This document shows, piece by piece, positions 41,974-54,000 of a stretch of DNA of 64,000 nt. This stretch comes from Thecamonas trahens ATCC 50062 (taxonomy: Eukaryota; Protista; Apusomonadida). The notes under the pieces were generated by a model, which saw only the letters and a list, made by a program, of their open reading frames with translations, did no database searches and was not told the DNA's origin. A program made the translations under genes and the position numbers. The stretch spans positions 266,244 through 330,243 of the forward strand of contig NW_013657672.1 in the NCBI RefSeq assembly GCF_000142905.1. The letters are read 5' to 3'. Each line of letters opens with the position of its first letter. The first letter of the stretch is position 1.

Positions 41974-44277
41974 CTACAGAAATGGGTTGATGGGAGAGTC
42001 GCGGAGTGGTTGGCCAGCAGGGTCTGTGACAGGGTCAGCGGGGTCAGAATCAGCGGGATCGGAATCAGCTGGTGATGACGAGCCTCCGACGACGTTTGGG
42101 CCCGCGTTGGCGGCGTTGTCAGCGTCGTCAACGGGGTCTACAGCAGGAGTAGAGGCAGGAGCAGGAGCAGGAGCAGGAGCAGTAGTATCTGTACCAGCGG
42201 TTGTTCCTGTGGCAGTGGAGGAGGCGGCGGCGGGATCGGTGTCCGAATCGGTCGAGCCGGCGGTGCCAAACAAGGCGTTCGGCGAGTCAGCGATAGGATC
42301 CGAAGTGTGGAAGATGTTGATGCCACGGGTGAGGTGGGTCCGGGCCGAGTAGAGGACTCGGGCGCGCTCGAGAGCGTACTTGGAGCGGGGAGTGAAGGAG
42401 ACGGCCTGGAGCTGGACGGCAAGGCCGGCGAGGAGGCCCTGGCGCTCGCGAGCGGCGCGGATGGTGCGCGAGACGGTCTTGACGAGGGCGTCGCGAACGT
42501 CAAAGACCCTGTCGCGGTTGTAGCGGGCAAGAGCGGTGGCTGTAGCATCTGTGGCAGCCTCCAGCTGTGACTCTGCATTCTGCCGGGTGGCCTGGGCGTC
42601 GCGGAGCGCGTCGCGTGCAGCGACAATGGCGTCGTTATCGCCCGACTTTGCAAAGAGCTTGTCGTACTTGGCTTGCTTGGAAGCAACGGCCGAGTCGGCC
42701 TTGCGGAGGGCAGTCGATGCGTGCATACGCGGAGTGAGTGCGTGAGTGACTGAGCGGGTGAGACCTGAGTACTCACCGAGCTCGAGCTCGAAGAACAGCT
42801 GCGAGGCGAGAAGGTGGGTCTCGACGACGGCGGTGAAGTCTGTGCTACGGACAAGGTCGCCGATGTCGGGCACAATGGCCGGCGGAAGCGCGGAAATGCT
42901 GGAGAGTACAGCTGCGGTCTTGTCAAGGGTGAGGATGGTCTTGCGCGAGAGCGAGTCAATCTTGTCGAGGGCGGCGCGGATGGTCTTGATACCTTTGCCA
43001 AAGGCGATAGCAGCATCGAGATCTAATGCAAAGCGGCCGTCGAGGTCCTTGGCCGGCTTGTACTTGACGCGCTTGTGCTTCTCGATGGCCTCCATCGAGG
43101 TAAGGAAGCGGACGAGAATGGGGTTCGCGGCGAGATCCGGATGAGCGGCGAGGCGGCGGAGGTACGACTCGTACGAAGCCTGCAGGAACTGCGAGTTGCC
43201 AAAGGCCAGCGCCTCCTTGGACGGGAGAGCAGGGTGAACGATGTACGGAAAGTCGGCCTTGAGCTCGTCGTGAAGCCACTCAAAGTTGTTGGCGACGCGC
43301 GAGACGGTGAACTCGACCATGCCGTGAGTTCGTGACTGGGCCGGCAGCCTGTCGCGATAGACCGGCAATGAGGTGACAGTAGCAATGGTGAAGATGAGAT
43401 CCTTCTTCTTCTCAACCTGAGTCACACCCGAGACCGAAATGAGGACGGTGGGGTTGGTTTTGGACACAACGTTGGCGCGGCGGAGCTGGGCCGAGACAGT
43501 GGCGGGCCTTTCGGGCAGCGGCTCGGTCTCGGGAATGTCAGCGGCACGGATGCCGACCGACGGCGAGACTGGGACGGAAGCCGATGGCGAGGGTGGCGAT
43601 GCCGAGCGTACCGGCGAGGCCGCTAGATTCCTGAGCGCCGAAATCCAGTTGTTTCGGGCGCCGTCCGAGTCGGCCACAAACAGGAACTCGGTGAGGCTGC
43701 CAGACGACGACGGGTTGGGAGCCCGGATGGCAAAGGCGAGCGAGCCGTCGTCGGCCGACGCTGGCGAGGCATCGAGGGTGGCGCTGGAGAGGTCGAGAAC
43801 GTGAGCAGGCTTCTTGGCCTTGGCATTCTTGTATACAAGCAGCATCTGCGGCGCAGGAGGCGATTCACGGAGCGCGAGCACAAATCGCGAGCTGAACGAT
43901 GACATGAACTTGTGGCCTTTCTTCACACTCAGCTTGCCCCACATAGCGGCTGATGTTAGGACGTTGGTGGCTGGCGTGGAAGCAATGGATTCGATGGTGT
44001 AAGCAGCAGCGACCGCACTATCGGCATCTCCAGCCGGGTCGGCATCTTCAGCCGGGTCGGCATCTCCAGCCGGGTCGGCATCTCCAGTCGGGTCGGCATC
44101 TTCAGCCGGGGCGGCATCTTCAGCCGGGTCAGCATCTCCAGCCGGGTCGGCATCTTCAGCCGGGGCGGCATCTCCAGCCGGGTCGGCATCTCCAGCATTC
44201 CCAGAATTCACAACGTCTTCAACGACTTCATAGCCCTTCGCAGGCACAAGGACCTCGTGACCAGCATCGTCCGCCAT
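41974..44277 (-). CDS. Sorting nexin-like protein: PH, PX and BAR domains with a C-terminal NPF motif
   Basis: PH: GKLSVKKG...FLFVADSDGARNNWISAL. PX: VSR..NNFEWLHDEL...HPALP...YLRRLAAHPDL...FL. Followed by a helical BAR-like region and ending INPFL. Confidence 0.82.
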   Translation of the reverse strand: MADDAGHEVLVPAKGYEVVEDVVNSGNAGDADPAGDAAPAEDADPAGDADPAEDAAPAEDADPTGDADPAGDADPAEDADPAGDADSAVAAAYTIESIASTPATNVLTSAAMWGKLSVKKGHKFMSSFSSRFVLALRESPPAPQMLLVYKNAKAKKPAHVLDLSSATLDASPASADDGSLAFAIRAPNPSSSGSLTEFLFVADSDGARNNWISALRNLAASPVRSASPPSPSASVPVSPSVGIRAADIPETEPLPERPATVSAQLRRANVVSKTNPTVLISVSGVTQVEKKKDLIFTIATVTSLPVYRDRLPAQSRTHGMVEFTVSRVANNFEWLHDELKADFPYIVHPALPSKEALAFGNSQFLQASYESYLRRLAAHPDLAANPILVRFLTSMEAIEKHKRVKYKPAKDLDGRFALDLDAAIAFGKGIKTIRAALDKIDSLSRKTILTLDKTAAVLSSISALPPAIVPDIGDLVRSTDFTAVVETHLLASQLFFELELGEYSGLTRSVTHALTPRMHASTALRKADSAVASKQAKYDKLFAKSGDNDAIVAARDALRDAQATRQNAESQLEAATDATATALARYNRDRVFDVRDALVKTVSRTIRAARERQGLLAGLAVQLQAVSFTPRSKYALERARVLYSARTHLTRGINIFHTSDPIADSPNALFGTAGSTDSDTDPAAASSTATGTTAGTDTTAPAPAPAPASTPAVDPVDDADNAANAGPNVVGGSSSPADSDPADSDPADPVTDPAGQPLRDSPINPFL
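44021..44195 (-). repeat. 18-bp coding minisatellite (ADPAGD/ADPAED), about x10
   Basis: Repeated ggcatct(c/t)cagccggg(t/g)c units. Confidence 0.93.
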
Positions 44278-44576
44278 GACCGACCACAAGACAGGCAAGG
44301 AGCAAGCACACACACACACACACAAACACACAGAGAAAGTGGGTCCTTATACTCCCGCCACCAGTACGTCCACTCTTGCCTTCAGAGTCCAACGAGTCGG
44401 GTGGTTGCTACTCTAGCGGTCTGGCGGGCCTTGTCTCCTCGCAGGCGGTGGCGATCGTGTGGGCGGTAGCGATCACAGGCGGTGGCGATCGCACGGGCGG
44501 TGGCGATCGCGCGGGCGGTGGCGGCCACCACCTTTCCCCTCGCCCACCTCTCCCTCCCCTTCCCTTTGCCACTACC

Positions 44577-45098
44577 ATGACCACCCCGGCTACTCCTACC
44601 TCCACCTCTCCTGTCGACGAGCTGCAAAGCCACCTGGCTACCCTGCACCAGGTCATGGCCACGGCTGTCCACGCTCTGGCCACGCACGCCCCTCCGATGG
44701 CCTTTGACTCGCCGGGCGCCACAACGCTGGAGGATGGGGGGTCCTCTTCTTCTTCTGCTGCTGCTGCTGGTGGTGATGGTGGTCCTGCTCCTGCTGGAAG
44801 TGCTGATCCAGCGGGCCAAGCTGTTTCTCCCGAAGTCCAGCACATCATCACCGATCAGGTGGGAATGCTGACAAAGGCTGTCGAAGGTCTCCGCGCTGCC
44901 ATCGGAGAGCTCGGCCCGCTGGCAATCGACCCGGAAGAGCTGGACGCTTCCATCGAGGCATTGCAGGCAGAAGCTAATGACGCTACCCTCAAACTCATGG
45001 CCGAAGCCGATGCCTTTCGCGCTTGGTCGCACTCGGTCGAGGCTTCGCTTGCCCCAGACGCTCTTGATCTCGGCCCGCACCCGCCCACCGACGCATAG
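44577..45098 (+). CDS. MED21: Mediator subunit MED21 (Srb7)-like
   Basis: VDELQSHL..L...M..AV.AL...APP..F, then a helix ending in I.ELG and IEALQAEANDA..KL, matching the MED21 layout. Confidence 0.7.
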   Translation: MTTPATPTSTSPVDELQSHLATLHQVMATAVHALATHAPPMAFDSPGATTLEDGGSSSSSAAAAGGDGGPAPAGSADPAGQAVSPEVQHIITDQVGMLTKAVEGLRAAIGELGPLAIDPEELDASIEALQAEANDATLKLMAEADAFRAWSHSVEASLAPDALDLGPHPPTDA

Positions 45099-45357
45099 CT
45101 CCGTCCTGCCGTGCCCGCGCTTGCCCGCCGCTCCTGCTCGCCCCACACCCTCTCCCCCAGATTCTGCACTGCAGCAGGTCTCACCCCATCATAACATCCC
45201 TAAGCCGAGCTTGACTCTGATCTGATCCCGCATCCCCCCCCTCCCCCCCCACACACCCGAGTCGCCCTTGTCACCTCAGGCCCAGGCCCAGGCCCAGGCC
45301 CAGGTCCGACCCCACTCCCAGACGCCTCCACCGCACTCCCCGCCCCCATCCCCGACC

Positions 45358-46610
45358 ATGGCCAATGCGGTCCCCAACTCCACCCTCTACGTCAACAACC
45401 TCAACGAGAAGGTCAAACTANNNNNNNNNNNNNNNNNNNNNNNNNNNNNNNNNNNNNNNNNNNNNNNNNNNNNNNNNNNNNNNNNNNNNNNNNNNNNNNN
45501 NNNNNNNNNNNNNNNNNNNNNNNNNNNNNNNNNNNNNNNNNNNNNNNNNNNNNNNNNNNNNNNNNNNNNNNNNNNNNNNNNNNNNNNNNNNNNNNNNNNN
45601 NNNNNNNNNNNNNNNNNNNNNNNNNNNNNNNNNNNNNNNNNNNNNNNNNNNNNNNNNNNNNNNNNNNNNNNNNNNNNNNNNNNNNNNNNNNNNNNNNNNN
45701 NNNNNNNNNNNNNNNNNNNNNNNNNNNNNNNNNNNNNNNNNNNNNNNNNNNNNNNNNNNNNNNNNNNNNNNNNNNNNNNNNNNNNNNNNNNNNNNNNNNN
45801 NNNNNNNNNNNNCTCATTTATCTGCAAACTGCCAGGGTACGTCCCTTCCCCACCCCCACCCCCCCCCCCCTCCTCCCCCGTGCCCCCCCCTCCCTGGCCC
45901 CCCATCCCCCCTCCCCTCCTCCACCCCCCCCCCCTCCTCCTCCCTCTACTACCACTACCACTACCACAGAACTGAAGGAGAGCCTCTACGAAGCATTTGC
46001 GCCATACGGGTCTGTGCTCGAGGTGGCGGCCAAGAAGTCGCTTCGAATGCGTGGGCAGGCCTTTGTCACCTTTGCCACGGTGGTGCAGGCGACTCAGGCC
46101 ATGCAGAAGATGCAGGGATCGGTCTTCTTTGACAAGCCCATGCACATCGCATACGCAAAGGACAAGTCGGACGCTGCCGCAAAGGCAGAAGGCAACCTGG
46201 AGGCTCATCAGGAGGCCCGCAAGAAGCGCAAGGCCGAGGCCGAGGCTGCCGCTGCTGGCCAGATGCCCGAGAGCGAGGAAAACCCGGCGGCAAAGCGCCA
46301 GCACCGCTCCATGGCCGACTCGGAGGCCCCGGCCGCGGCCTCGGAGGCCTCGGCGCCGGTGGCGGGCTCGCTCATGCCGTCGCAGACGCTGCTGCTGCAG
46401 GATCTGCCTCAGGCGTGTGACACGGACATGCTCACCACCCTCTTCTGGCAGTTCCCGGGCTTCAAGACCGTCACCCTCCCGCCTGGTGACCGCCGCGTTG
46501 CCTTCGTCGAGTTTGAGGACGTTGCCCAGGCCTCAGTCGCACACACCTCTATGCAGGGCTTTGACCTGCAGGGCTCCAAGCTTGCTGTTACCTTTGCTCA
46601 CTCGGCCTAG
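45358..46610 (+). CDS. U1A/U2B'' (SNF) snRNP protein; intron spans an N-gap, exon 2 from 45970
   Basis: PNSTLYVNNLNEKVK ... ELKESLY..F..YG.VLEV.A.KSLRMRGQAFV.F, plus a second RRM (LF.QFPGFK.V...VAFVEF). Confidence 0.93.
45421..45812. other. Assembly gap (others at 56593-57251, 59556-59686, 61014-61269)
   Basis: Runs of N, mostly next to poly-C tracts or a repeated coding unit. Confidence 1.
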
Positions 46611-47782
46611 AACAGCTCGAGCCCCCCACCGCTGCTCCCCAGGCCGCCGCCGCCGCCGCTGCTGCTGCTGGCGCTGCTGGCTCCGGCGGCCTCGATGGTT
46701 GCAGCTCCTCCGTCGGCCTCGCTCTCTTGCTCCGGCGGGAGATGAAGCTCGTCGATGCACACCCGCGTCCGCTTGATCTTAAATCCGAGCCGCTTACCCG
46801 TCAACGCCGACGCCGCCGTCGACCGCAGCGCCGGCAGGGAGACCAGGTCGAAGAATCCGTGCATCGGCGGGTCAAACAGCCGCGCCAGCCGCGACCCGCT
46901 GGCAAACGTTGTCAGCCGCACACACAGATCTGCACTCGCTACAACCTGCGCGCTCGCGGAAGGCCCCAGCCGCGCCAGCTCGGCGCTCACCCACACCACT
47001 CCCGAGCCGTACGATCGGACGAGCGCACCCAGGCTAAACACAAACCGCACCTGCTCCGCCACCGACGCCCGCAACCGCGACTTGTCCCCGAGCCCGACCA
47101 CCGCCACGCGCCCGACCACACCATCAGTCTTGCACCGTGCGAGGAAGCTTGCTACAGCCAACCGGCACGCCTCCAAGCCATCGCCGTCGGCACCATCCAG
47201 GTCAAACCCGTCGACTCCAACAGCGGCCACTGCCTCAGCTCCGGCACGAGCTCCGAGATCAAAGCGGTGGACAAAGCCTCCATCACCAGCTCGAGCGCTG
47301 CTTCCAGCTGGCGTGGCCGACGCGGCCGCCTCGCGGGCGTACTGCTTGTACTGCCACGCGATGCGGAGTTCATCATCGCTCACGCCCGGTGGGGCTTTGC
47401 GTGACCGCACCTTGCCGCCTCCCGCACCGTCTGTCCGCGGCTCGTCCGGCAGGGCGGTGTACGAGCCAGGGAGGGCGGCGGCAGCGACAGCGGCGGGTGC
47501 TGGTGAGGCGAGGAAGAGCGGCTGGCGGGCGTCGGCAGCGGGGCCACGCAGCACGCTCTGGGCGGCAAACAACCGCAACAGCGTGCTTGCTGATGTTGCT
47601 CGTGGCGTCACCTCGTCAGCCACCACCATCGAGCCCAGGACGAGACCACCGCCCAGGACGGCGTCCACCTCGTCGGCGCCCGACGAGACCAGCATATGGC
47701 CCGAGAGCACAGACGGTCGGCTCCCGGGCGCGAGCACCTTGGCCCGCTTCGACTTGCGCGCTCGCGGCTTGAATGACGACAT
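46607..47782 (-). CDS. ELP4: Elongator complex subunit 4
   Basis: MSSFK, PG.RPS, SSG...VDAVLGGGL.LGS, LRIAWQY, HRFDL and GFKIKR...IDELHLPPE motifs, ending LELF. Confidence 0.9.
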   Translation of the reverse strand: MSSFKPRARKSKRAKVLAPGSRPSVLSGHMLVSSGADEVDAVLGGGLVLGSMVVADEVTPRATSASTLLRLFAAQSVLRGPAADARQPLFLASPAPAAVAAAALPGSYTALPDEPRTDGAGGGKVRSRKAPPGVSDDELRIAWQYKQYAREAAASATPAGSSARAGDGGFVHRFDLGARAGAEAVAAVGVDGFDLDGADGDGLEACRLAVASFLARCKTDGVVGRVAVVGLGDKSRLRASVAEQVRFVFSLGALVRSYGSGVVWVSAELARLGPSASAQVVASADLCVRLTTFASGSRLARLFDPPMHGFFDLVSLPALRSTAASALTGKRLGFKIKRTRVCIDELHLPPEQESEADGGAATIEAAGASSASSSSGGGGGLGSSGGGLELF

Positions 47783-48005
47783 GTCTACCTGGTGTGCAAG
47801 GGTGTGAAAGTGGTGTGTGTCGTTCTTGCTCCTCCCTACTCGATCCTGCCCGGCCAAGTCGACCACGGTCAGCTCGTCACGGATCGACCAAGGTTCCCCC
47901 CCCACCAGGTTGATCCTGTTCGACCGGCACTCGGCCAAGTCGATCGGCTAGAACCCGGCATACTCAACATGTCTTCAAAGACTTCATTTCAAGTGTTCAT
48001 GATGA

Positions 48006-51000
48006 CTAGCTCGATGAGCTCGACGATCCGGACTGAGAGCTCGATGCCGAGGCGGTTGGTGCTGTGGCAAGGCCCGGTGGCGGCATCGGCGGCGGTGCGA
48101 TAAAGACGTTCGTTCCCGAGTCGGCCTCCCAAGTCGCGGCGGCCTCAGTGATGGCCAGGTCCGAGAGCGCCGGGTCTGAGATGACTGCGGTGTGTGCCTC
48201 AGACGATGAGATAACAGTGGTGGCCGGCGTCGCAGCCACAAAGAACTGGTCGTTGATGGCCATGCGCTCGCCCTCGCCCTCCCCTATCATCGCCATCTCA
48301 GTCCCGAGCACGCCGGTGGCATGCGCGGCCTTCTCGGCCCACTCCTCCTCACGGCGGAGGACCACAAAGTCGTAGGCAACGCCACCGAGAATGGCGAGGA
48401 CATTGATCGAGATCGAGACAATGAGCATGATGTCACGGACAAGCGCGTCCTCGATGGCAACTGCCCAGAGGACCGCTGTGCACGAGGCGAGACAGACAAC
48501 GGCAAGAATGTTGTGCTGCTTGCGCGCGTACGGCTGGAGGAAGGCAAGATGAGCGAGGGCAATGCCGAGGACACCGCGGGTGATGGCGGCGCGCGCCGAG
48601 ACCTGGGCGAAGATGGTGATGGCCATGACGACGCCGAGCTTGCGGATGAGAATGGCAGCCTCGTACCACCACGCATGGTCCATGAACCGCCCGACGAGAA
48701 AGCCAAACTTGAGGACAAAGAGGAACGGATCGAGCGATGAGCGCTTCGAGCGGAGGAGTGCGACGACAAAGACCGGGAGCCCGACGCCGTACGCGGCCAC
48801 AAAGAGGAGTGCGACTGGGAAGATGCTCCAGTAGAACGAGTCATAGCACGCGTTGGTCGGCGCGTCCTCGATGTGGTACATGCCCTCCTTGTCTTCGCGG
48901 CAAGCAAAGAACGAGAGCGCCATCGCGGTCAACGGCAGGTAAAGCAGGACGAGTGCCTGGTAGTAGCCACGAATGCACGCATCCTTGATGGCCGCCGGCG
49001 TGAGAATGTTGGCGTCCTCGGCCTCTTCCAGCGCCGCTTCCCGCCGCTTGGCGATGCGCGGCAGGACCAAGAAGCGAATGAGGAAGCCTACGACAACAAA
49101 GATGAGCGCAAAGATAATTGTTGATGACATGATAAGAAAGTACTTGACAAAGTAGATGCGGTCGGTGTTGGCCAGGCACTCGGGCGAGGTCAGGTCGAGG
49201 TTGAGGTTGATGAACGAGATGCCGTCGAGGAATGCAGTTGCAAACGAGGACCACTGCATGTTGAGCCGGCCGTAAATGGCCGAGATCTGCAAAGAGTTGA
49301 GTCCGATCATGACAGCGGCAAACTTGTACACTGATCGCTGCTGGGTGTTGAACCAGACAAGGAAGCAGACGAGGACAAAGGCGCCGATGAGGAACATGGC
49401 AATGAGCGGGCCAGACTGTCCGCGGCACTTGTGGCATGTCTCGCCGATGACAAAGTAGTCTTGAGCGCAGCGGCCACAGAACCGTCCGGTGTAGCCTTCG
49501 GCGCAGCGGAAAGGCTCGCCGCCTGCACATGCCGACGGGTTGGGGCACTCGAGGAAGACGCCCGGGTCTTCTGTGGGGAACGAGCCCGGGAGTGCCACCG
49601 GAAGCGCCAGGCCTCCGCGGCACGATGCGCCGGCCGGGCACGGCACGCAGCCGGCTTCGACCATGATCGTGGCACTGCGAGCCCAGAATCCGCGCTCGCA
49701 CACACATGCCCCGCCGGTGGTTGCAATTGCCAAGCTCACGTTGCCCGATTCGGACGCAAGGACCGCGGTGTTGGGCGGGCAGAGCGTGCACGAGGTCGAC
49801 CCTTCGACAAGCGCAAACTGTCCGACCGGGCACGGAATGCAAGGCGCAACAGAGGGTCCTTCCGAGTATGTGTTGCCTGGGCAGAGCCCGCACCGCACAA
49901 AGCTGGAGAGCCGCGCGTCATCGGTCCGTCCGCGCCCGGCTGGGCATTGCGACACGTTCACGTTCCACTTGTAGTTGGGCAGATCGAGGGCAAAGCCAGC
50001 CGGCTGCGAGAGCCCGGCCTCGAGCGCGACGCTCACCTGCGAGTTGGCTGAGAGGATATTCGCAGCGCCCTCGACCAGGACGTTGGCAAATGAGATGACG
50101 TCCGAGGTGAGGAAAAGCGCTGCAGTCGTCGAGAGCTGGGCCGCCGACGCACCATCACCGACGATCTTGAGCTCGAGCGACGTCGCCCGGTCGGTGATTG
50201 CCACGCCAAAGACATCGAGGAGAGTGAATTGGACGCCAGTCAAACCCTCGCCCGAAATGAGCTCGGCTACCGGCGCCACGATTCCTGCCGACGGCACAAA
50301 CGCGAGCTCAACGCCTGGTGAACCCTTGGAGCCGCCCAGATCGGTACCAGCCATGGCCACCCACGGCGCGACCGCGTTGGGCGCATCGTCACAGGTGGCG
50401 AGACCCGGCGCGGGCGGGCAGACAAAGAGCGCGTTTCCACGACCGACGGCAGCATTGCCTGTCATAGCAACAGGCGCTGCACCTGACATCGGAAGTTCAC
50501 AAACAAAGGCGAGGCCGCCGTACGCGGCATTGTTGTTCTCAACGCTGGTTGTGCCCGAGAGCTGAAGGCCGAGGCTTGAGACGTCGCGATGTGCACAGGC
50601 GCGGGCCGAGACAGACGTCGACGCCACCAAGGTTGGCAGCGGGAGGTCCGGCAGCGCGTCGGGCGAGGCCTTGGCGGTGGTGGCAAAGGCGCCGCCCCAG
50701 GCGACAGCAGCGTTGTCAGCGACCGAAACGTCGACGACGGCGACGGTAGCGGTCTCGCCGCGGATCCGCAGCCCGCCGCCACCGCGCTCGGCAGAGTTGG
50801 ACATGATCGTGCCTGACGCGAGGCGAGCGTCAACGCTTGCGCCAGACTGGCTAGCGGCAAGAGTCATGGCACCACCGTCGCGCCCGGCTGTGTTGGACTC
50901 GACATTAAAGTCGGTGACCGAGACGTTGATGCTGGCACCGGCCGACGACGCGTCGGCATAAATGGCGCCGCCGTCGAGAACTGCCGAGTTGCGGACAAGT

Positions 51001-54000
51001 GTGACGTTGTTGAACGTCGCAACGACAGCCGAAGCGCCGGCGCCCGACATGTAGATGGCGCCGCCTGAGCCGCGCCGGGCGACGTTGTCGGCAAAAGAGA
51101 CCCGGTTGAGCGAGGCAAACGAGCTCTGCTCGATGACGGCAGCGAGGAAGAGGGCACCGCCATCGTCAGCAGTGTTGCGCGAAAAGTGAACGTCTGTCAG
51201 CTCCACAACAAGCGCGTCGTTGATGGCGAGCGCGCCGCCGAGCGACGACGCAACGTTGCGCTCAAAGGTGACGTTGCTGGCCTGGATGGAGGCGCCGGCG
51301 AGAACGGTGACGGCGCCGCCGGCTGACTGGAGCACCAGCGGCGAGATTGGCGCCGAGTGGAGGCAGTCGGAGAAGACCATGTTGCGGAGGATAAGGGAGG
51401 TACGGGCGCCCGAGGCCGAGAGCGCGGCGCCGCCCGAGGTCGAGGTGGCGACCGCGACGCGGGCGCCGCGGATGTGAATGCCATCAAATACGACGCGGGC
51501 ACCGCCCGAGACCGCAAACAGATAGCGCTCGTCAGGCGAGACCGGAGCGGTGCAGTCGAGGACGACCGAGCCGGGGACGCCGTTGAGCGGGCGGAGCTGG
51601 ACAAACTTGGTCAGCGAGTACGGCTTGTAGCGGAAGCAATTGTGGTAGGTGCCTGGCGGGAGGAGGATGGTGTCCGAGTTGCAGGTGCCGGCGGTGAGGA
51701 GGGCCTGGCCGATGCAGTCGATGGTGTACCCGCACCGCTCGACAGGAACAGTGATGCTGGTGCTGACGTCCATCCGCGACCAGAGCGAGTTCTGCAGATG
51801 GAGCTGCAGCGACGAGGTGAGCAGGTTCGAGGCGACAATGTCAAGGGCACCGTCGACGTTGTAGTCGACGAGGGTGATGCCTCCCGAAACAAACGAGTTG
51901 TCCGGTAGCGGGACGAGCGGCGCAGCCGAAGCAAACGATCCCGAGCCGAGGCCACGGAGCCACTCAATCGAAGACGACGTGGTGAACGAGAGGACGACGT
52001 CGACGTGACCGTCGCGGTTGCAGTCGCCGACGACAGCATCGACCAGGCCCGGTCGAGCCGAGACCAGGTACGAGCTGCCACTGTATGCGGGTGCAGCAGC
52101 GTCGACATTAGCGTGCCAGGCGACGTAGCCTGCGCCGCCGTAGGTGATGAGCATGTCGTCGATGGCATCGCCGTTGAGATCGACAACGTCAAAAGCTGTG
52201 ACTGCAGCCGAGAAGAACGGCGAAGAGCCCGAGGCCGCGAGAGATGCCAGCGGATTGATTCCGTAGGGCGCGACAGGCGAGCCGAGTGCGAGGTAGACCT
52301 CGCCGTTGGCGCGGATGTACGCGACGTCGGTCGCTGAGTCGGCGGCCGGGTTGGCAGAGAGCGGGCGGGCAAAGAGAGTGTCGTTGAAGAGCGGGGCGAG
52401 GATGGTCGGCTGGGTAGCAAACATCAAGTATCCTGGCTGGGCGAGATTGCGGTTGTAGATGATGGCCACAAAGCGGGTGGTGGTGTTCCGTGAGTCGACA
52501 CAGAGCACGTCGTTGAGGGCCGAGTCGGCGTCTGCGCTGCCGTCGAGATCGGTGAGGGTGAGATCGGAGCAAATAAAGGCAAACGACATGTAAGACTCGA
52601 GCGGCGGGAAGGAAAAGGGCTCCACCGAGTTGGGCGCATTCTCAGCCCAGGTCGTGAGGTGGCCAAGGACGCCAGCAGGGACGGCGAGCGAGGCCGCGGC
52701 GTCAACGAGGCCGTCGGCGTTGACGTCGCCTACGGCGATGCCGCGGGAGAGCGAAAAGGCCGGGAGGACGACAATGTCGTCAACACACTTGGTGTTGTCA
52801 GCAAAGCAGATGACAACCGACGGGTCTTCGACTCCGCGGTAGAGGAGGTCCGGCACGCCGGCGGCATCGGTGTCGATGATGAGGCGGATGGCGTTTCCGG
52901 GCGTGAGCGAGCTGAACGACGAGGGCGGGGCAAAGGTCGGGGTAACACCCGGATACTGAGCGGCATCGGGGACCTGAAACACAATGTGCCACGAGTCAAA
53001 GGTGGGGACGGCAAGCGTAAAGGTCGAGACAAGGATGTCGGGGGCCGAGTCGCCGTTAAAGTCGGCAACGATGGTGCGGTACGGCTCAAAGAGGCCGACC
53101 GACGGGTTGGCGTAGACGACCGGCGGCCGGCCGGCGGCGGCACCTTCAAACGACGGCGAGACCGAGAGCGAGGCCGATGAGAGCACGATGTCGAGGTTTC
53201 CGTCGCCATTGACGTCTCCGGCCTCGAACCATTGGCCGACGCCCGAGTCGGCAAGCGGAAAGTCGAGGATGGTCGGCTGCGGGTCAAAGGTGCCTGGCGC
53301 GCCGGGCGTGTTGAGATGCAGCGTCTGGCCGATGCGGCCGAGGGTGCGGGCAAGGACAGCAAAGTCTGGCAGGCCGTCGACGTTGACGTCGAGGGCAATG
53401 ACGCGGATCGGCTCGAGAAGGCCAAATGCAACCGGGCGGGGCGGGAGAAAGGCACCGGGCGTGCCGCTCGTCATAAATGTCATAATCTTGTCAGTGTACG
53501 GCGACGAGGCGACCATGTCGAGGTGGCCGTCAGCATTGAGGTCGGCGACAGCGACGGTGGCGTAAGATGGGTAAAAGTAGTCGAACTGAGGCGCAGGCGT
53601 AATGAGGCCGACAAGCGAGGCTGTCGCCTCCATACTAGTACCGGTGAGGCGGACCCAGTGAACGGTCTCGTTGCCTGCAGTGAACGGAGTGAGGGTGAAG
53701 ACAATGTCATCAATGCCGTCACCGTCAACGTCGCCAAACACCATGTGACGGACAATGCCGTTTTCGACAACGGCAGTCGAGGGGGCAAACGCACCGCCGA
53801 GATTGATGTGCAACTGCACCGACGGCGACGCACCGCCGATGATGAGGTCGTCGAGACCGTCGCCGGTGACGTCGGTTGCCAGGATGGCGAGCGGGAGCGA
53901 GGGCGGGAAGGCGGTGAGGCCGCCATAGGGAATGTAGCCAGCAAGACTAAAGCTAATATTGGCATTGTCAGCAGAGTGGCGGTAGATGATGACTGAGGCG

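Noticed and set aside
39641-44195. Tandem repeats as possible CRISPR arrays
   Set aside because: No unique spacers, unit lengths are multiples of 3 within CDSs, no cas genes and a eukaryotic context.
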